From NCBI GenBank assembly GCA_965205865.1, contig CBDBHR010000030.1, forward strand, positions 160,001 through 224,000: 64,000 nt of DNA, in the 5' to 3' direction. The notes beneath the pieces are model-generated. The model worked only from the letters and a program-made list of their open reading frames with translations, did not search any database and was not told the DNA's origin. Positions 59,762 to 64,000 of this stretch are shown piece by piece. Each line of letters starts with the position of its first letter. Position 1 is the stretch's first letter. The position numbers and the translations under genes are program-made. Origin of the DNA: a bacterium. GTDB taxonomy: Bacteria > SAR324 > NAC60-12.

Positions 59762-61546
59762 CTAGAACCCCATCTCTTTTTTCAGATCCTGGTCAATCCA
59801 GAGGCGTGCGAAGACGCCATTAAAGTCCATGTTTCCCATTTGCATTTCACCGTTATATCCGATGAGCCATGGTTGGTTCACGTTAAACTGTGGCGCTCTA
59901 CCACCCCAGATATACCAGTGGTTTTTGATCACGTACATATCTGCCTCGATAATCAGCCTCTGCTGCTCCTCGATGGTGGTAGCAGCTTGGGCGGCTTCCA
60001 CCATGGCGTCATAAACCGGGTCCTGGACATTCGGGGGGTTCCATCCGGAGTCCGATTTAAACCAAGCGATCTGCCCTAGCGGGTTCCACTCGTAGCCCGG
60101 ATTTGAATCGATTACGCCTTCATAAACACGATCACGTATGATAGCGCCAAAATTGGATCCGTCCATCTCCCTGATCTCGATATCAATGCCGATCTTACCC
60201 CAGTAGAAGGCCACTAATTCTCTATAAGCCAAATCCCAGCGATCGAGGTGGTTCAAGACGGTCTTGAATCGAATGCCGTCAGCGCCGCGCGGATATCCCG
60301 CCTGATCCAGGAGCTTCTCCGCCCCTTCCGGGTCATAGCGATAGTATTTCTTGATCTCCTCGGGCCACTCGTCAAAGGGGATGGCATACCCCTTCAAACC
60401 CGTGCCATTCACCCCCATCGGTTTCCACTCGGCCCAACCCCTGAAGTAGGTATTGGCAATGGTCTCGAGGTCCAGTGCCATTTGCATGGCCTGGCGCACC
60501 CTGAGGTCGTTAATGGGCGAGTTGTCGGGGCGCACGCCAGCCGCAAAAGACGTTTCTGAGCGAAAGGCAAACGCCGTCAGTACGAGTTCGGGATTGGTAT
60601 TCTTGAGGCTCTCCGCCTCGTCGATCGTAAATATTTGAGAGACGCCGAGGTGACCGATGTAATCCAGCTTACCCGATCGCAGTGCCGCAAGACGGGTGGC
60701 GTCTTCCGGCAAAATCAGGGCCCTCAACTCGTCGACGTACGGCAGGCGGTTCTGCGGATATTTTTCGTCGGTGCCCCAGTAGTCCGAATTCTTGACCCAA
60801 GTCATCGAGCTGCCCTCAACCCAGTCGGTCAGCATAAAAGGGCCGGTGCCGACCAGGTTCCGCCAATCCTTCACATCCCCGTGTTGCTTAATTACCTCGG
60901 GCGGTTGTATAAACACATAGGGACTGTCGAGGATAGTCAGCAGCGCGGTGGGCGATGGTCGTTTCAGCTTAAACACAACCGTATTTTTATCGGTGGCAGT
61001 GATCGATTCGAATGGTACAGAGGTGATATCCGCGGTATAGGGGCTCGGTTCGGAGAAGCCGCTGCCCAGACCTGTGAGGCGGTGGAAGTTAAACTCCACG
61101 TCCTCGGCGGTGAGCGCACGGCCGTTCATTGGCGCCTTGTCGTGCCAATGCACGCCCTGGCGGATGTGGAAGACAATCGTGAGTGGATCGGGCTGCTCCC
61201 AGTTTTCAGCCAGATGCCCTTTCATGGCAAAGAGAGGCGTGTAGTTTGACTTAAAGTGGTGTTCGTTCCGATCGATTCCCCAGTTGCCATCGGCTAACTT
61301 CTCGACAACGGCACTGTGGGCGGCGCCCGCTCCGTGCGTGAACCAGGAGTCCGTATGCGGTGGTTCAGGTTTCTTGGCGATGGTCAAAATCCCGCCATAC
61401 TGTGGCGCAGTCACCATCTCCCCGGTTGTGGGGTCAGTCACCATTTTCTTCTCAGCCGCGACGGCCAAACCGACCCAAAGGGCGGCCACCATCAGGATGA
61501 AGGTTAACAACAATGATTGCATTTTTCTTGTTTTACTTTTTTCCAT
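59762..61546 (-). CDS. Peptide/nickel-type (family 5) ABC substrate-binding protein
   Basis: Signal peptide, LAENWE, FHIRQGVHWH, VGTGPF, RVRQAM, YDPEGAEKLL. Confidence 0.93.
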   Translation of the reverse strand: MEKSKTRKMQSLLLTFILMVAALWVGLAVAAEKKMVTDPTTGEMVTAPQYGGILTIAKKPEPPHTDSWFTHGAGAAHSAVVEKLADGNWGIDRNEHHFKSNYTPLFAMKGHLAENWEQPDPLTIVFHIRQGVHWHDKAPMNGRALTAEDVEFNFHRLTGLGSGFSEPSPYTADITSVPFESITATDKNTVVFKLKRPSPTALLTILDSPYVFIQPPEVIKQHGDVKDWRNLVGTGPFMLTDWVEGSSMTWVKNSDYWGTDEKYPQNRLPYVDELRALILPEDATRLAALRSGKLDYIGHLGVSQIFTIDEAESLKNTNPELVLTAFAFRSETSFAAGVRPDNSPINDLRVRQAMQMALDLETIANTYFRGWAEWKPMGVNGTGLKGYAIPFDEWPEEIKKYYRYDPEGAEKLLDQAGYPRGADGIRFKTVLNHLDRWDLAYRELVAFYWGKIGIDIEIREMDGSNFGAIIRDRVYEGVIDSNPGYEWNPLGQIAWFKSDSGWNPPNVQDPVYDAMVEAAQAATTIEEQQRLIIEADMYVIKNHWYIWGGRAPQFNVNQPWLIGYNGEMQMGNMDFNGVFARLWIDQDLKKEMGF

Positions 61547-61574
61547 GATTTCTCCTTTTTTACTTAAATTTTGC

Positions 61575-61994
61575 GTAACTATTCAGGTCTCTGAAAAACC
61601 CGTTTAGTTCAATATCATTAAAAAAGATTCCCAGGGAGGATCAATCGTTTTCAATTCCTCTCACGATATTGTTCCATCGATCGGGAATCCCCTCTTTCAC
61701 CAAAACAACTCAGTGAAGGCATGATTGTAGCAAACAAAAACGCAATGTCAACCCCCTGCTGTAAAATAAATGCGGGATTCGCAAAAAAAAAATCAATAAA
61801 TCTGCTCAAATCCGGGGACAGTCAGAAGCCGTTCAGTTCAATAACATTGAAAAAAGATTCCCGGCAAGGATCCATCGTTTTCACATCCTCCCAGGGTATT
61901 GTTCAATCGATCGAGCGGGAACCCTTCTATATTTTATGCAACGCAAAATCCGTGCTTAAATCGATGGGTTCTCTGAATATACCTGAATAGTTAC
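61575..61994. mobile_element. MITE family D, long variant (420 bp) with internal ~80-bp imperfect duplication
   Basis: TIRs GTAACTATTCAGGT / ACCTGAATAGTTAC; internal repeats starting GTTCAAT near 61607 and 61836. Confidence 0.85.
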
Positions 61995-62003
61995 CTTTCC
62001 GTC

Positions 62004-63224
62004 ATGAAAGAAATTGAATTGAAAAAGCGATTTGAGCAAATCGAACCATATCTTGATGAAAAAGCCAGACGGCTATGGTGTGCTAATGAGGCTGTCTGTA
62101 TAGGAAGAGGTGGGATCACTTTTGTAGCTCTCGTTACTGGAGTTTCTCGCACAACCCTTACAGAAGGAGTAAAGGAAATTAAGGGAGAGAAAACACCTGT
62201 AGCAGGGAATGTCCGCAGAAAAGGAGGAGGTAGAAAACGCAGTGCGGAAAAAGATAAACATTTACAATCAGATATTGCCGTTTTAGTGGAATCTTCTACC
62301 AGAGGAGATCCTGAATCTCCCTTAAAGTGGACTTCTAAAAGCACGCGTAAACTTGCTGAAGAATTGAATTTGCAAACAAAGCGTGTGAGCCACACCCTGG
62401 TATCACGGTTGCTTTCTGAGACAGGTTATTCGTTGCAAGCTAACAAAAAGACAAAAGAGGGTGGAGATCATCCGGATCGTGATGAACAATTTCGATTTAT
62501 CAATGAGAAAACCAAGCGCTTCCAATTCAATGTTCAACCTGTCATTTCTGTAGATGCCAAGAAGAAAGAAAACATTGGGAACTTCAAAAACAATGGGAAA
62601 GAATATTACCAATCTGGAAAAGCTCCGGAAGTAAATGTCTATGACTTCCTTGATAAAGAAAAAGGGAAGGTTACTCCATATGGAGTCTATGATCTCTCAA
62701 AAAACAAAGGATGGGTTAGTGTTGGAGTTAGTGCTGATACCGCTCAATTTGCTGTGGCAAGTATTCGAGGCTGGTGGTTCCAAATGGGAAAAGAATCCTA
62801 TTCAAATGCTTCTAAACTTTATATCAATGCTGATGGAGGAGGAAGCAATGGATCGAGAAAAGGTCTATGGAAAATTGAGTTACAGAAACTGGCAAATGAA
62901 CTTCAAATGGAAATTCATGTTTCACACTTTCCTCCAGGAACAAGCAAATGGAATAAGATTGAACACAGAATGTTTAGCTTTATTTCTCAAAATTGGTGAG
63001 GAAGACCTCTCATTAATCGTGCGACAGTGGTCAACTTAATTGGCAGTACAACTACTAAAACAGGATTGAAAATTACGGCAAGATTGGATGAGACTCTGTA
63101 TCAAAAGGGAATTAAGGTTTCTGATAAAGAGTTGGCGGATGTCTACTTGCAAAAAGAAAATTTCCATGGTGAATGGAATTATAAAATATTACCCAAAAAT
63201 GTTCAGGTTATTTCGTGACAGACA
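62004..63224 (+). mobile_element. ISAzo13-family transposase, interrupted by an in-frame TGA
   Basis: LDEKARRLW, TRGDPESPLKWTSKS, PVISVDAKKKE, ADGGGSNG, PPGTSKWNKIEHR, NW*GRPL (62997-62999), FHGEWNY. Confidence 0.93.
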
Positions 63225-63642
63225 CTAAGGAGGATTTATATCTGGAGGCGGCTCGAGCGATGGGGAGCTCAACCTCAAGAGTGCTTATGCGCCATATCCT
63301 GCCCAATATCATGGCTCCCATCATTGTCCTGTATACGACAATGGTGCCAGGGATCATTCTTTCTGAGGCGAGTCTCAGCTTCCTCGGTCTGGGCATCCCT
63401 CCCCCCACTCCCAGTTGGGGGGCATGCTTAGTTCGGAAGGGGTCTCTTATATGTTGCGGGGGCCCTGGCTGGCAATATGGCCGGGTCTGGCGCTGAGCCT
63501 TGTCGTCTACGGAGTAAGCATGTTTGGAGATGCCCTCAGAGACCTGCTCGACCCAAAACAGCGGGGCGGTCAGGGCAGTTATGGCACCACGGGGAAACGC
63601 AAAAAAGGATTCCTCTCCAGACTGATCAACCCTTTCAATTAA
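63225..63642 (+). pseudogene. 3' part of a DppC-like permease, truncated by ISAzo13 and frameshifted
   Basis: YLEAARAMG...HILPNI...EASLSFLG..PSWG|GMLS...GDALRDLLDP; same C-terminal RLINPF tail as 39966-40934. Confidence 0.88.
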
Positions 63643-63729
63643 CAAGGTCAACGTCTCACAAGGTGCGGACCGCTCTATGAAATCAGGGCATTAGGGTTGC
63701 TTTCAACGATACATTGTGTCGAATTCTGA

Positions 63730-63984
63730 TCAAGCCGATTGTTTCATTTCGCTTTCAGTGTAGGGGAAGCAGCTAAAAAAATATCCTGTGTCCACAAGAA
63801 TATCTTCCAGCCGAATTGCTAATTTTTCCTCCAATTCAATTGCTTGGTCATCATCATCAGGAATGACGATATTGACATCAAGAGAGGTTCCATTCTCGGC
63901 TCTGACCCACATACTAAAGGGGGGGAAAATTTTTTTCATTTCCGCGGTAATTTGTTCTATCAACTCTTTCTGTTTGGGGTTCAT
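63730..63984 (-). CDS. Small acidic hypothetical protein
   Basis: 84 aa, strong SD GGAGG before ATG. Confidence 0.65.
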   Translation of the reverse strand: MNPKQKELIEQITAEMKKIFPPFSMWVRAENGTSLDVNIVIPDDDDQAIELEEKLAIRLEDILVDTGYFFSCFPYTESEMKQSA

Positions 63985-64000
63985 GCTAAATCCTCCCTAA

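Noticed and set aside
62997-62999. In-frame TGA read as selenocysteine because selB is present
   Set aside because: Position corresponds to Arg in NWRGRP of ISAzo13 transposases, so a CGA-to-TGA change; the same applies to 58132

Overview
Bacterial chromosomal window, AT-leaning core with GC-richer accessory blocks. The gene style suggests a deltaproteobacterial/SAR324-like organism (impression only). 1-33.3 kb is mostly housekeeping: selB (partial), mreBCD-mrdA-maf-aroB-tmk, then a ~7 kb insert (NUDIX, decayed oxidoreductase, sugar ABC transporter) separating tmk from holB, followed by recD2, ADH, moeA-moaC-modB, a GT39 glycosyltransferase, a Pal/OmpA lipoprotein with a long repeat stalk, pyk, sixA, secG, tpiA, chorismate mutase, EamA and nnr. 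33.3-64 kb is an accessory/defence-rich region. It holds Uma2 and Rpn PD-(D/E)xK nucleases; a long structured leader with two paralogous mini-ORF/hairpin units ahead of a Dpp/Opp-type ABC cluster; a three-gene operon with an inactive plus an active BrxD/DUF2791-like P-loop NTPase outside any BREX locus (best candidate for an undescribed system); pyrD and a plant-type dapA; a nested restriction-modification island (GHKL/MORC-REase, Dcm-Vsr fusion, type III Mod/Res) bracketed by duplicated gene fragments; two orphans; decayed IS3, IS110, ISAzo13 and IS982-like elements; a group II intron 3' remnant; and four MITE families. No rRNA, tRNA or CRISPR array was seen. All assignments come from motif recognition by eye; no searches were run.
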